From positions 4,136,650 through 4,198,649 of the forward strand of contig MU054212.1 in NCBI GenBank assembly GCA_013239625.1: DNA of 62,000 bases. The letters run 5' to 3'. The notes below the pieces were generated by a model, which was not told where the DNA came from, did no database searches, and saw nothing but the letters and a program-made list of their open reading frames with translations. Source of the stretch: Lama guanicoe. Its lineage: Eukaryota. Made by a program: the position numbers and the translations under genes. Shown here one piece after another: positions 1 to 11,440 of this stretch. How positions within the stretch are numbered: the stretch's first letter is position 1; each line of letters opens with the position of its first letter.

Positions 1-59
1 ATTTTTAGTGGTAAGTTCAGTGCTTATCAAATTTTCAGGTAATTGATAGCTTAAATGTT

Positions 60-440
60 ACATAAAAACTATTTTTAGAAACATTTCTGCAAAGAAAAGT
101 TTGATTGGAATTAGTAAGATGAAATTAACAGAGATGGTGTAAAATCCTACATTTAGGAAAGAATAATTGCAGGAGGACAGGATTCAGAGCAAGGTAGGTG
201 CTTTGTTTGTGAAAAAGTCCCTTAGGTTTGATCTAAATAGAAGATTAACATAAATTATCAACATGATATATCTGCTGCAAAGGCCAGTACACTCCCAGGG
301 GTGGGATAGGAGCTGAGAGCAAGTATGCATTCACAAAAGCTCAACCACACACACGAATATGGTGTTGAATCTCTTGTCACAGTCAGGGGGCACAGATGAG
401 TTGAAAGTTAATCTGGGGCATGTAGAGTGGGTTATGAGAG
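60..440 (+). mobile_element. L3/CR1 LINE fragment (ancient)
   Basis: 'gatgaaattaacagagatggtgtaaaatcctacatttagg...tgtgaaaaagtcccttagg...caacatgatatatctgctgcaaaggcc' follows the recalled CR1/L3 ORF2 3' region; heavily diverged. Confidence 0.6.
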
Positions 441-529
441 TTTTAATAGTCTTTCACCATTTCTTTATTCATTTGACACTAATACTGTTTCCTAGTACCT
501 ACTACCGCCAATCTCAATGTCAAGTCTCC

Positions 530-710
530 TTTTGTCATCATTGCTTTATTTAATCTTGACATGTAGTTCTTACATTCTTCATCATTTCACAGATGAGGAA
601 ACTGAGACTTAGCATGGTTAAATGACTTCCTCAACGTTACCAAAAGACTGTGTGACAATACTGGAAATTTTACCTGACTCCAGTGCCCCCTTTTCTAACC
701 CCTGTGCTCT
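530..710 (-). mobile_element. MIR SINE fragment
   Basis: 'catttcacagatgaggaaactgagac...ggttaaatgacttcc' is the reverse complement of the MIR core. Confidence 0.85.
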
Positions 711-784
711 GTAACCAAAAGAACGTTTCTCCCTTCCATGGTTGCTTTAGAGAAAAATGCAGGGCTTTTCATTCATGATGCAGT

Positions 785-1185
785 ACACTCTGGCCCTCAC
801 CCACCTTTCCAGATGATTCCTTGCTACATTCTTCAGTCCATCTGCTGCTTCAGCCAAGATGGGTGAATGTGCTGCTTTGTCTTAGCCCCTGGCCTTTGAT
901 CTCGCTGTTTGCTCACCCTGGAATAGCATCTTTCCTTGGTGCTCCTGCTCAGCTCCAGCTAAATGTAAAATAAATGGAACAATCCCTCCTCTAAACCTCC
1001 ATAGTTTTTAAATACATACCTTTTGCATCTAATAATACTCTTCTTCTGATGCTCATTTCTGCACGTCTTTTAACTCTAATAAATAGAAAGATCCCCAAAA
1101 CAGGGACTATGCCTTTTGCCTTGGTTCTTAGAGGATTCCAGCTTAGGCTCATGCCTTATACCTGTTAGTGGTGCAATAAATACTC
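785..1185 (+). mobile_element. L2 LINE 3' end
   Basis: 'ctggccctcacccacctttccag...ggcctttgatctcgctgtttgctcaccctggaat' and terminal 'caataaata' match the L2 3' end. Confidence 0.7.
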
Positions 1186-1714
1186 CCTGAGTGAAAGAGC
1201 AGCATGGGTGATTGTTGCAGGTGGCCTAAAAAGGGAATATTCTCAAAAATATCAGAAAAGATTCTTTGGATGAGATACCTGTCGAAATGCAAGTTGGTGT
1301 CTAAAAAGTCAGTCTGAAATCTGAGAAATGTGGAGGCAGGATGTTGTTCAATGCTTGGTATTCCAATGGAATTGTCTTCCAATAGAGTAAAATTTAATCT
1401 CATCTTGTCTATCACAACGGGGGTTATTGGGAAGCACTTTGAATCAGACTGGGGAGATCTAGAATTGAGAATACAGGCGTCAATTCTTGGGATCGTCCTT
1501 ATCTTAGAAAGTGTAAGTTGGCAGACGTGGTGAGGTTGGAGGAAGTGACAGATTTCCAAGTACAAGCATGATGAGAGATGAGCGTAGAAATCAAATCTCA
1601 AACTTGGCTACTAAACCAAGTGGAAAAGATGTCTTTTGCACATGACAAATCAAGCTGGAAGAAGGATCCAAGATTTATGGTATCCAACCAAGCAAGAATT
1701 TTCATATATTCAAA

Positions 1715-1965
1715 GTACAATACAGGGTAAGACCGTAGGTTTGGGGTGTGTAGCTTTACTTCCTGGCTCTGCTTCTTTCTATCTATGTGACCTTGAGCAA
1801 CCTCTATAATTTCCTTGAGGTTTATTTTCCTCACTTGTAAAATGAGAACAATAATTTGTACTAGATTTATAGGGTGATTGTAAGGACTAGACAAGTTAAT
1901 GTATGTAAATTGCCTAGAGGAGGACCTTGCACGTAGTAAGAGCTAATAGCTATTAGCTATTATAT
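1715..1965 (+). mobile_element. MIR SINE, near full length
   Basis: 'tcctggctctgc...tgtgaccttgagcaa...ttttcctcacttgtaaaatgag...gttaatgtatgtaaa...gcacgtagtaagagctaata' is colinear with the MIR consensus. Confidence 0.9.
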
Positions 1966-2074
1966 AACTATTTACCTGTATATGTTTTGAGTGGCATGTT
2001 TTTGGTAGCAAAGCATTAATGATATGTCCAGGTTAAAAATGTTTGCAGTCACTCTTTTGAATGTATTGTAGCTT

Positions 2075-2230
2075 GCTTGGTTGCTGGCATCATGACCTCA
2101 AACAAGTCACCAAAACACTATGGCTCAGTTTCTTTTCATCCATACAATGGACATATAACCTTTCATATGTACCCTTAGTATTGTCTTAAGAATCAAAAAA
2201 GATACGCTTGGGGACCTGTTTTGTAATCTA
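2075..2230 (+). mobile_element. MIR-family fragment
   Basis: 'tgacctcaaacaagtcac...ggctcagtttcttttcatccatacaatgg' is a degenerate MIR core. Confidence 0.6.
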
Positions 2231-3120
2231 AACAATGCCACAGAAGTTGAAAAGGTTTGATCTTTCAACAGATAGCTACTGGGCCTCTGGTATGGCTTCA
2301 CTGTCTGCGGTAGCATGATCCGATTTGGTCTTCTACCTTCCACACGTTGTCAGCTCATACCTAGGGAATTCATTGCTCTAGCCAAAGATTCACATTATCA
2401 AAGCTCCTGAGACTAATTTGCAAAACCAGAATGCCAGCTTATTTCACAATAAGAAGACACAGCTGCTGTACAGGCTGGAATCAGCGCGTGGGCACACCTG
2501 TCACGTTTTATCCTCATCAGCAGAAGGACAGAGGAAGCCAGGCTACAGTTAGGAGGGTCTTGGGGGGTAAATCTGGAACTTGATTTACAGGAAACAGAAG
2601 CTTTGAATGCTGATACAAATACAATGAATCTTCACAAACGTGTCAGCACTGCAAAGGGGGCTACAGCACCTAAAACACTCAGCTAAGGCTGCCTCTTCCC
2701 GGGTATGTTTCTGAATTAGTGCTTACAATGCTCGCCTCAGTGATTCTTTGTTTTTGCTGACATGGCTGACTAGTCTTTCCCTCTGAAGAATGCTCAACAA
2801 GGGCATTCACAGAAAATAAGAAGAACTATCTGGTGTTAACGCCTCCCTTCCCCCTTACACCTCCACAAGGCCAGCATTGTAGAACCAAAGGTAAAGTGTC
2901 CTTCTGCTGCTTCTCCCCTGCCCTCCGGGGGACAGATGAGGGAGGAGAGACGAGGGAGGGGCAGGTTAGGGGGAAAAAGAGTGAGGTGAGGTGAGCGGCC
3001 GGGTGGAGGAGTTCTAAGGAGCCCCACCCCAGGTGGACATCAGGGGTGCATGTGGGGTACCTGGGATGCCCTCCTGTGCAGCTTCCTCAGAGGGAAAAAA
3101 GCTGCTAATGGTGTGATACA

Positions 3121-3786
3121 TGCTGTGGGACCCAGGCAGCGGTTGGTGTCATGGGCGGTAAAAGAATTTACCAGAGACAAAGGAGGAGAATAGTAAAGGA
3201 GTTTATTAGGTTATGCTGCTGTGGACAACAGTGGGCCACACAGCCTAGAGGTGCCTGTGTGAGCACCTGGATGGAAGGACAGGGTCTTTTATGGCGAGGG
3301 GAGGAGTTGATGAACACAGTGGGTTAGGGGGCTGTGTGATTAGCTCATGCACAGTTCTGATTGGTTGTAGGTGAGGTAAGAAGTTTAGGGTCCAGGAAGG
3401 GGCCGTGGGCTGAAACAAGCCACCCTGAGCTATTGTGAGATTAGGCATTACTGAGGGCTATTAGTTTGTTAGGGCAAACACGCCCAGTGAAGAATGTATT
3501 TTATCTTTTGAGGAATCTCAAGCAGATATCTGAGAGCCCAGGAATGGGGGTCGTTGGACTTTGAAGGACGTCAGTTGGCCCCACAATACTGCGATGCTGA
3601 TGGCCTGAACATTAACCACTGAGACCTTGAGGCTATTGGTGCAAGATTTCTGCTCCCAGGCTCAGCCTGGGAACAGAAGGCTGCTCTGTAAGCTCAGGTG
3701 GTATCAACAGTGCCCTTAGTTTATCTAAAACCCCTGGGACTTGTGCCTGATCTTAGAGAACTGGAGAGGTTCCTTCCCTCACAACA
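3121..3786 (-). mobile_element. Solo LTR, probably ERV1 class
   Basis: TG...CA ends with imperfect terminal inverted repeat (tgctgtggga / tccctcacaaca). On the minus strand CCAAT (3360-3364), TATA-like CATAAAA (3287-3293) and AATAAA (3202-3207) occur in LTR order. No TSD found. Confidence 0.7.
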
Positions 3787-4049
3787 GATTACTAAGAGCT
3801 GCTTTTCAGTCAGCCTGATACGTGCATGGTGGCTGAGAGTTGATTGATCTGATTTTGCAAACTAAAAAGATATACTCATTTCTATCTTACGTTGACTTTA
3901 AATCTCAGTCTAAGAAGTTAGCAGTTATTTACCAATTCTTTGGAGAAATCTTCTTGTAGAACACATGGACTGAAGACACAGAGGGAAATGCCCAGTCCTG
4001 CCATCCAGAAAGCACTGTCTTATCTGGGGACACCCCCCAAACAGATAAA

Positions 4050-4260
4050 TCGTTGAGTCATGACGATATAATTGTTAAGTGTCATTGCAGAAATGACATA
4101 CAGGGACACAGGGCAAGTTCCTGTTCCACAGAAGGAGGGGGCAAGTCAGTGAACACCCCCCAGGGAGAAGAGGCCCTAACCCTTACTGAGGGCAGAGAGC
4201 AAGTCAGGAGTGTATTCCCGGAGGAGGCTACCACTGACCTTTTTCAAAGAAAGAAGCAGA
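4050..4260 (-). mobile_element. L2 fragment
   Basis: Purine-rich 'gggagaagaggccctaacc...agtcaggagtgtattcccggaggagg' is typical of antisense L2 3' region. Confidence 0.45.
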
Positions 4261-5787
4261 AATGACTTACTAGGAAAGGGAATTTGCAGGTGCAAATTCC
4301 AATGTATTTGAGGCAATGCAAACAATTTGGAAGTGTCTGATTTGAATGAACAGAATCTCTGCACATATGTATGACAATGACATTATTTACTCAGTGAGTT
4401 GTTTATTATAGTGTTTTTGTGTATGTGTGTGTGTGGGAAATCCATCCATATTCTCTCATCCAGGCACCAGCTGACCAAACGTAGATGAGAATGAGATGGC
4501 TGGCTTGAATTATGCGTGTTGTTTCAGATTAGGAAACAGCCCAGAGTCACGTGATCCCTGAGAAGACTTGAACCTAGAATATTGTTTTCTTAGCAAAGCA
4601 CCAAAGATCTGAGCCAATCAATGGAAACCACTTTCAGGGTACACTTTTCTTACCCTGTCAGAATGTAGTGAAATAATTTTTTGGTAATCATGATTTATGG
4701 ATCCATGGCTTTATCTCCCTTTGTGGTTCTATCTGTTGGAAGAACTTATAAAAATACAGTGAAGTAATTGCAGAACCTGAAAATTAACTTTGAAGCTTCT
4801 GGGTTCTGTGGTGGGGCATTTCCCCTTCTTTATAATGTCTTTCGAGGTGATGATGAGGATTTTATTTCTTTAGTACTACTTATTTTCTCACCTACTCAGA
4901 TTTTATATTGCTGAAAAACCAAAGGTTTAAGAAAAAGTTTGGTGGGTGAGCATTCAGAATCACAGAAGTTAGTGAAGATGAAATGATCCACTCAGAAAGA
5001 GTCAGGGGAGGGAGGTATCACAAAGGAACTGATGATCAGGAAAAGGAGCGGAACTTGATGAGGTCTTTCGGCTGTTTAGTTTGCTCTCAGATGATCATAT
5101 ATTTGAAAACTTTGTATTTAAAAGCTAGTAAGAAGAACATAGGATGAAGATAAAAGTGTGGCTTGTATCTTTGGTATACTCAGACTATTAGAAGGTTCAG
5201 ACAGAGTTAGGAAGGACTTTAGAAAAATGCTAAGAAAAAAAAAAGTTGCATGTAAGGTCTGCTTGAAACAGGGGAAAAAGCTCAACTTATATTTTTGTCC
5301 TCTAGGTCAAGAAGACCATGGCTTTATATCTCTGTGTGCATAAAAGCTCGTTCCTTTTCCAGGGCAGCGCCTGCCCTAAACATCTTAACCTAAAACACAG
5401 CCCAAGTTCTCTCTGATTTCCTTTGGTTCTCCTCCTATTGGTATTAAGTTAAAGGAATGAAAACATACCTCAAAGATACACTGAATTCAGGGCAATTAGA
5501 GATTTCAAATCTGAGAATTTTTTGAAATTAGTATATCAGGTGTGATACACAGAAGTAGCCATGGTACGGCACAGGGAGCAGTGTGGGCCAGAGACACCGG
5601 TGGGGGATAAAAGATGAGAGTCACCACCCTCAGCTGTCCTGGGCCAAGAGTTTACCCAGGTGTGCAGGGAGGAAGGAGTGGTCACACAATCATTTGTAAA
5701 TATGTGAGATTTTAAAAATTACTTTTGTAAGCAATTCATTTCTATGAATAGTAGACTTGTTCATTTAAAGTGAAGTCAATAGAAATG

Positions 5788-6010
5788 GTGTTTCCCTTAG
5801 GTGTCCTATGGCGTTGCCCTCAGAGGCTCTATGGTAATATAAATTTGGGAATCTTGGATTATATGAAGCTACATAAATTTGTGTGTGTGAGTGTATGTCT
5901 TAGGGGTTTCAGTATATTAATAAGAGCATTTGCCAAATGCATGTTTCACAAAAGCTGTGCCAAATATTTCCTGTGACTGTAATTCAGTGGAACTCACTTT
6001 GGGAAATATA
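5788..6010. mobile_element. hAT-Charlie-type non-autonomous DNA transposon (Charlie4-like)
   Basis: Degenerate inverted ends 'gtgtttccc' ... 'ggaactcactttgggaaata'. Confidence 0.45.
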
Positions 6011-7554
6011 GGTAGAGGTACAATATTTGAATTAAAATTCCTAATAAATTGTTAATATCTTAATATATTATGTGTAATAAAGGAGAGTTCAAAACATACT
6101 AAATATTATTTAATTCTTTAACAAAGGACATATTTTATAGAAAAAGAAAGTGTAAACTGCTGTATCTTGGAACCATGGACTGTGAAATAACTTGGCTTCA
6201 CTTTCAGCCAGAAGTAGGAGAGAGTTGTTTATTGAATTAAGAAAAGTCTTTGAAGAAAATATGATTCCTTTTATTATATAGAAAGATGTAAGTTGCACAA
6301 CGAAACAGGTTTTCTTACTTGATTTGAATATCACATTTTATTCCTGCTAAGCCATTCCAGTGGCTGGTGTATATTACAGATTAGGTGCCACGGTGCCTTT
6401 CTGGTCTGGAGGATTCTGAGAAAAATAGGCTCTAACTCTGTTCCCACTGTGATATTTTACAAAAATAGCTAGACAGACTCAAGGAGACAAACAGACACAC
6501 AATATGCCAACAAACAACTATACACACCGACGAGCCTACGGTTATTTTGAAACACACATATTTTAAAATTTGCTATATACATTGTGAATGCAGAATGGAG
6601 ACATAAAATTTCATTTAACTCCCCAGCTTTTTTGGTTGAGTTTATGCAATTCTAGTGAAAGAGCTCTCTCAGGCAACACTGTGCATTATGGGACAGACTT
6701 GAACAGGGTGGATTCCACTGATTCCTTGGTCCGTGTTGACTTCTTGAGTGAATAGTCGCCCCATATTCCCCCTTCACAGAGTTATGCCTGAAATTGTTGT
6801 TTTTCTATGTCTGAATATGTAATCCTTAGATAGACTCCATCTGATTTCAAATATTACAATTTTCGTATGATATTAACGATAATGGAACAGTACATTACCT
6901 AATGTGCTGTGATTTGGTGTGGATTTCATTCTTTTCCCTCTGTTATTGGTAGTATTCTTTTAGACTCCTAAATGAATCTTTCTCTTTACCTTTTAGAAAA
7001 TCCTTTGTTATTTGTTGAGCATTGATCACTGTTCCTGGCTCTCAGGGAAGAAACGTCAACATTGCCCTGGTTTGTGGAGTGTGTTTTCTGGAAGCACCTT
7101 TGATAATGTCAGAAATGAGGTCATGCTGTTCTGGGAAGAAAGTGTTTTTCGTGAACTTATGGGTTTCTTCTTCCATAAGGCACTGATAATGGCAGAAAAC
7201 AAATATTTGTCAAAGGTGAAGATTTTGTAAAACTAAAAAATTTATGATAGTTGAATATATTTTTAAAAAACAGAAATCTTGAGACAGTCTCATTAAGGCA
7301 GTTTCAGCTTTGTTTAAAATCCATTGCTAAAGTAATTGGTAATGCCCTTTCAAAAAGAGAAACAAAGTATGCACTGTTTAACATGATTCATCGCTTTCCA
7401 GAGAAGGCGATAGAAATGTATAGTTGTTTTTTGTTTTTTTGAGTGTCTCATAATTGTAATTTACACATACAAGTCTCATAGGCATATGTCACCAACAGAT
7501 GGTATTTATTAAAAATCCGCATGCATTCTTGGATGGTTTAAGTGTCATTCTGCT

Positions 7555-7615
7555 TGAAGGCAAAGAAATGGATTAGATGACCTTTCAAGGTCATTCTACT
7601 TCAGGAATATGATCT
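7555..7615 (+). mobile_element. MIR3/L3 3' tail fragment
   Basis: 'ggattagatgacctttcaaggtcattctac...tatgatc' matches the shared MIR3/CR1 tail. Confidence 0.65.
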
Positions 7616-7654
7616 GGAACTTCCCCACTGCTTAAAATGGGTTTGTCTTAAATA

Positions 7655-8150
7655 CACATCCAGATTAAGTATGTTTGCTGCAAGTGACATGCATCCAACC
7701 TGAATCAGAGTAATAGAAAAAGTACAACATATTGGCTCACTTATAAAGGGGTGTGGTCAGTGTTGACATTAGAGACCACTGGATGCAGAGACTGGAATGA
7801 GATAAGTCTCCTTTTCCCCTTTCTTCTCTGCTTCTTTCTCTGGCGCATCCATTCAATCTTCAGCAGATAGACTTCTTGGCAGGACCACAGGGTGATGTCT
7901 CAGTCACCAGGGAGAAAAGACATCTTTGCAGCCAGCCCTGTTTAGGAACCCTGGGCAAGATTTTATTTGGCACAGCTTGGGCCCAGGACCAATCCATACA
8001 ATCAGATCTTGAAGTAGTAAGATTGGCTTCCTTGAATCATGGGTCTTCACTGGCCATGATTTTATTTTTATACCAAGATTAAGAAAGACCACCCAGCCTC
8101 CCAGCCAAAGACTTCACCATTGCAAATGGTCCAGAGACAGTTTCAAGAAG
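7655..8150 (-). mobile_element. MaLR LTR (old MLT1, MLT1J/K-like)
   Basis: 'tttgctgcaagtgaca...ccaacctgaatcag...tattggctcac' is the antisense MLT1 U5 end; degenerate body follows. Confidence 0.6.
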
Positions 8151-8458
8151 ATTGTAATAAGAGCTGAATATTCACTTTTTCCTAAGAGTTTATTAGGATC
8201 AGTATCTTCATGCTGTACATATCCTTGATCTCAGTCTTCACCAGAAGTTCAAACCCCTCAAGACAAACATGATTACCTTTATATACCTCCAGCTGGCTCT
8301 GGACATCCTGTCATCTGATATAATCTACACACTCCCCAATTGCCCTCCTTCTTCCTATCCTCTCCCCACTCTCTACCCCCCTCTCCAACTGCCTATACAT
8401 TTTTCTGGAACTCAGTTTCTATTATCAGTAAAATTGTGTGTCACCTTTAACTTTTCTA

Positions 8459-8595
8459 TTCTATTCTTTCTTTGGTGGGGGAAGGTGAGGAATTAGGTTT
8501 ATTTATTTATTTTTAATGGAGGTACTGGGGATTGAACCCAGGACCTCATGCATGCTAGATATTCACTCCATCACTGACCTATACCTTTACCCCTC
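8459..8595 (-). mobile_element. tRNA-derived camelid SINE (Vic-1-like), full length
   Basis: Minus strand: tRNA-like head with B box GGTTCAATCCC (8528-8538), (TAAA)n, 'aacctaatt' tail. Flanked by a 17-bp TSD with 2 mismatches: cacctttaacttttcta (8442-8458) / catctttaacttctcta (8596-8612). Confidence 0.9.
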
Positions 8596-8829
8596 CATCT
8601 TTAACTTCTCTAAAGATTTCTTTTCCCTTCTGGTTTTATTGAAGCCTAACCTTTACTTGAGGATGTTGGGTTCCTCTACAGCCTTTCAACTGTGTTTCTT
8701 TTATTTTTCTTTCTCACATCCCATATAACACAATACCTAGAGATGGTGTAAATGTCCTTTTTTCTTCTGTTACCATTCAAGTTCACTTAGCCCTTCCTTC
8801 CCCTAAAACCCGAGCTTTCTGAATTGCAG

Positions 8830-9207
8830 TGCCTCTCCTTGTTGCAGTTTTTACCAACTGCCTGGTAACCCTGCCTTATTTATTGGCAGTCTTGACCCGC
8901 CTCTCACCTTTTTTCTTCACTGTCCTACCTTTCTTTTGGTGACTTCAGCCTCAGATGACCCAGCCCACACTCTGGCTTATCACATCCTTGAGCTTTTCAC
9001 CTCCAATGATCATCTCCTCAACACCCACTCAGGTGTCCAATCCCATAGAGGTGCTCTGCAGATTTTCATTCTGATATGTGCACCTGATTCTCTCTTGCAA
9101 GCAACCCACTGGAACCTCAGCATTTCCTATATTTCTAGCTTACTCAGTCTAGTATCACCCATTTCTGTAATTATTTAGCCTCTTAAGATGTTCCAATCAT
9201 TTGACTC
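8830..9207 (+). mobile_element. L2 internal fragment
   Basis: 'ggtgacttcagcc...gatgacccagcccacactctggct...cctccaatgatcatctcctc...' is pyrimidine-rich L2 ORF2-type sequence. Confidence 0.6.
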
Positions 9208-9211
9208 TGTC

Positions 9212-9356
9212 AACCATCAAAGGCAAGGAGAGGTCACCGCAAATAGATTTCAGGAGGGAAGATTCAGGACAGAAGGTTTATTTGCTTGCTGATCGTCTGT
9301 CCACTGCTGTGTTATAAGCTATCCAGGGGCAGGGAATTGACTGCCTTCCTCGCTTA
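9212..9356 (+). repeat. Direct repeat copy A (145 bp; partner 10314-10458)
   Basis: Ungapped manual alignment with copy B gives 134/145 identical (11 substitutions, 9 of them transitions). Confidence 0.97.
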
Positions 9357-10340
9357 GAACCTTCTGGGAAGCATTTGAAGAAACTCCAATCTCCTGCAGC
9401 CAGAGGGTAAAATAGCTGAAGCTCAGGCCCAGGACCTATTTATAAGAACAACAGAACTCCCAAGAAAGTTGACTCCTCAGCCCTGGCAAGTCTCATGCCA
9501 AAGTCAAGACCCTTCTTGGAACAATGGGAACCCTGAGGCCTTGGACAGAGACACTGGACTGAGGTACTTGAAAACATTGTAGTCCAAGATTTTCATGGAC
9601 CATCTGCACTTGCAGCAGTGGTTCACGCATCCTATTCCCAGTTGCTTGGAGATGATGAAAGGCTTCTGGTTTGCAAAATGGGACATGTTCCATCCCCATT
9701 AGATATAATCTCACTTCTCCTCCAGGCTACCAGGAAAATAACTAGAGTGAAATCACAGAATGAACTGGTCAGAGAGACGAAATGCTGAGCCTGGAAAGGG
9801 AGGAGAAGTGCTATTCCAATAAACAGGGAAGGACCTCGCCAAAACACACTAGCGAGAGTCTGAAGCTCTCTCTACAACTGGATTATGGGAGTCCTGGAAC
9901 AAAAAGACTATTACAGAAGGTTGGATAAAGAGTTTGTTGACATGAAGCATTCTTGAACACTAGAATATTTAATCACCTGGCAAGGACCCTGGAGCTGACA
10001 TGATGCTTCTTTGGCTCTTGAAATCTTGAAGAAAAGCAATAGCCCACTCTAAGTGTGATAAAAATGCCAGAACTGCTACAGAAAATGGTAGAAGAAAACT
10101 CAGAAAACTCAAATAAGTAAGATTGCAAATCTCTCCAGATGGCTGTGTTCAAAGGGAGAGAGCACTGTCTGCCAGCATCATCAGGGTTGCATTAGTACGT
10201 GGGGCACCTGCCTCACCAAGAGGGTAGGTGGCAGCCGTCTTCTCCGAGCCAGGACTGGGGTGGGGGGCTCACTGATAGCAAAGGGAGTCATAAGGGTCCC
10301 AGTGACAGCATGTAACCATCAAAGGCAAGGAGGGGTCACT
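9357..10340 (+). mobile_element. ERVL-class internal (gag) remnant, ERVL-E/ERV3-16A3-like
   Basis: From 9415 it reads AEAQAQDLFIRTTELPRKLTPQPWQV, resembling recalled ERVL gag 'AENQAQDLIIRVAELQRRLNSQPRQV'. Later blocks 'ctggcaaggacc', 'aaatgccagaactgc' and 'cagcatgtaaccatcaaaggcaagg' are colinear. Many frameshifts and stops. Confidence 0.8.
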
Positions 10341-10458
10341 GCAAATAGATTTTGGGAGGGAAGATTCAGGGCAGAAGGTTTATTTGCTTGCTGATTGTCT
10401 GTCCACTGCTGTGTTACAAGCTACCCAGGGGCAGGGAATTTACTGCCTCCCTCCCTTA
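10314..10458 (+). repeat. Direct repeat copy B (145 bp; partner 9212-9356)
   Basis: See copy A. This copy is continuous with ERVL gag on its left and with an L2 3' tail on its right. Confidence 0.97.
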
Positions 10459-10526
10459 TATATATTCAAGTACAGAAAATATGGCTGGACTCATAAACGT
10501 CTTCTAACAAATATCTGGAAATGAAG
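10378..10526 (+). mobile_element. L2 3' terminal fragment
   Basis: 'tttatttgcttgctgattgtctgtcc...caagct...gggcagggaattt...ggctggactcata...aacaaatatctggaaatgaa' parallels the L2a tail. Confidence 0.65.
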
Positions 10527-11344
10527 TTATTCTGAAAAAGGGGCAGTAGGGGAGATATAAGTGGTGCTGACTCTGTAGTCCTTGTGAAATTGTTGACTGA
10601 CTACTCAAATTTGAAATTTCCACAATATGTTTTAAACAGTTTAAAAAATGACTGTGGACCTTTAAAAATTAAAAGTAGCCTTATAAATTATAACCTTCAA
10701 TAAAGTCATCTGTTTTAATATTAAAGTGTGAAAACATTTACTTAAACTTGATGTAAACTCTTTATTGAGAGACATGGTTCCCAAGCAGACAGTGGGAAGA
10801 AACTGTCTCCCTGCACTGCAAGCACTGTTATTGCGAGATGGGAGGAGGGTGGTCATGATCATCTTCGTTCCAGTTAAGAAAACGAAGCCTTAAATATTAG
10901 GGAAGAAAATGTGGAGGTGGCTGGATGCATTTCCTGGTGAAAAAGTGTAGGGAAATTTAAACAAATATGTCCTAAACTGTGTTCCTGAAAGCAGGAATTT
11001 TGTGGGTGGTTAATGCATGTTCTGTGTTCAAAGGGTTTATAGCTCTATTTGAGATCAAGAATTATGACTCTAGTATTTTGTGTATTAGGTACGAGATAAA
11101 AGAGCACATATTAACCATTTGACTTTCAAAAAAGATCATAGCATTCAAAAAAGATTGTATTACCAATGGGTGGCATGATTCCCCATGACTCAGAATTTCA
11201 TTAGGAATTAGGGGAAAGAAAATCTAAGATTATGATTAAGAAGAACTAAGACTACACATACAATAAGCTAATTGAACCTAGACTTTCTGTGTTTTTTAAT
11301 ACCGTGTTTTAAATAATTTTCAATAGTTGAAGTGTTTGGTGTTT

Positions 11345-11440
11345 CTGATATTTCCCAGCTTCTGTTCTAGGCATTGTCAGAGATACAGAAATCAATTATT
11401 ATGTGGTTTCCCCTTTGAAGGATCTTGCTCTTTAGTAATT
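11345..11440 (-). mobile_element. L2 tail fragment
   Basis: 'ctgttctaggcattg...gatacagaaatcaat...ggtttcccctttgaaggatcttgctctttagt' matches the antisense L2 tail. Confidence 0.55.

Noticed and set aside
1149..1601. 150-aa minus-strand ORF
   Set aside because: Non-ATG start, no recognisable domain or exon structure; length compatible with chance.
1941..1958. Perfect 18-bp palindrome AGCTAATAGCTATTAGCT
   Set aside because: Lies in the MIR tail and arises from tandem AGCTA(A/T)T units.
4546..4700. Isolated GTCACGTGAT E-box (4546-4555) and TGATTTATGG (4691-4700)
   Set aside because: Single short motifs without supporting context; the first may lie in a decayed ancient SINE.
8516..8728. ORF starting MEVLGIEPRTSCML, and a possible tRNA gene at 8520-8595
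   Set aside because: The ORF is the antisense reading of the SINE. The tRNA-like part is a degenerate SINE head with an A-rich tail and TSD.
9208..10460. Novel TRIM-like LTR retroelement with 150-bp LTRs, minus-strand AATAAA and a PBS-like TGCTGTCACTGGGA
   Set aside because: The repeat is built from ERVL gag and L2 tail sequence that continues past copy B on both sides. There is no polypurine tract, clean CA end or TSD. Kept only as a minor alternative.
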